The notes below the pieces were generated by a model, which worked only from the letters and a program-made list of their open reading frames with translations, was not told the origin of the DNA and did not search any database. Made by a program: the position numbers and the translations under genes. A stretch of 63,261 bases of DNA, filler included, from Octopus bimaculoides (lineage: Eukaryota): NCBI RefSeq assembly GCF_001194135.2. It is 5 parts of 5 records of this genome, joined end to end, with 100 filler letters (N's around TTAATTAATTAA, not from the genome) between each part and the next. Parts side by side here need not be neighbours in the genome. Positions count along the whole stretch, not along the records: positions 60,419 to 63,261 come from NW_026302397.1; 4 more parts are not named here. One strand, given 5' to 3'. This document shows positions 62,200-63,261 of this stretch, one piece after another (position 1 is the first letter of the stretch; the number at the start of each line of letters is the position of its first letter).

Positions 62200-62779
62200 G
62201 AACACAAGAAAGTAAACAGAGAGAGAATAAAGAAAAGCTTAGTGGCTAGCGGTCGATCCTGGCCGGACAGAGGCGGTCAGACAGGAGAGCGAGGAAGAAG
62301 GGGATATATACGACACACACACGACTGGTTTCAGGTTATATAAAATCCTGATCGCCATTTCAGTTTTTTTGTNNNNNNNNNNNNNNNNNNNNNNNNNNNN
62401 NNNNNNNNNNNNNNNNNNNNNNNNNNNNNNNNNNNNNNNNNNNNNNNNNNNNNNNNNNNNNNNNNNNNNNNNNNNNNNNNNNNNNNNNNNNNNNNNNNNN
62501 NNNNNNNNNNNNNNNNNNNNNNNNNNNNNNNNNNNNNNNNNNNNNNNNNTTTGACACGGATTTGTTACCTTCTATTGGCTTACTCATTTTGCCGCTGCTA
62601 AATTTGTCTTAAACGTAAGACGGAGATAAATTTCTGAAATAGTCCTCTGAATATGTTAGTGTTTTTAGTGCATTTAGAGAAGGTCATTTGCTTAACTGAT
62701 ATAGTTTTTGTGAGGGAGTGAACTATTAAAAAATAAAAATTTTTTTCTCAAAGTCGATCAGTTTAAGATCATCAACTCA

Positions 62780-62930
62780 ATGGGTACGACAGACTTCCTG
62801 GCAGTTTCCGTCTACCAAATTCACTCACAATGAAAGACACTTTTCCAAGGTGCCGCGCAGTAGGACTAAGCCTGAAACTATCTGGTTGTAAAGTGAGCTT
62901 CTTAAACCACAGAGCCATGGCTGTACCTAC
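62780..62930 (-). mobile_element. SINE family B, 5' half
   Basis: cagtttccgtctaccaaattcactcacaa...aaggtgccgcgcagtaggac. Confidence 0.75.
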
Positions 62931-63102
62931 AGACACAGGCATTGTATGTATATCTCTGTGTGCATGCACATACGCGCGCTCGCACACGCGCGCACACACA
63001 CACACACACATATACATATATAAAACAAACACATACATACATATAACTCAGAAAATAAAAATACAGTACGGTTTAGTGTGTATGTGAGCATGTATGTGTG
63101 TG

Positions 63103-63156
<54 letters not shown>

Positions 63157-63199
63157 TGTGTGTGTGTATAATTCTCGTATTTGTTTATATGTGTAGGTG

Positions 63200-63261
<62 letters not shown>

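Overview
AT-rich, microsatellite-dense, gap-ridden metazoan DNA. The SINE repertoire and repeat content point to an octopus genome (inference). Only one host coding exon is recognisable: a 116-bp minus-strand exon (43262-43377) encoding the HR1 Rho-binding domain of rhophilin, so much of the window may be intronic. The rest is a nested transposon graveyard: at least five tRNA-SINE/LINE-tail families; R4/Dong, Hero/NeSL, RTE and CR1 LINE fragments; a Penelope GIY-YIG remnant; Tc1, maT (DD37D) and mariner derivatives; hAT and Merlin-like MITEs; and a Chapaev3-type element with intact ends. Most listed ORFs are microsatellite or N-gap artefacts. The most notable signal is a set of minimal hammerhead-ribozyme motifs in short non-coding Penelope-type repeats. 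One of these is a 473-bp palindromic insertion that joins a tRNA-like Pol III head to a hammerhead-bearing tail. Several near-perfect foldbacks and a recent multi-segment templated inverted insertion are also present. Four N44-TTAATTAATTAA-N44 spacers are assembly joins. Boundaries of decayed repeats are approximate; all alignments were made by eye.
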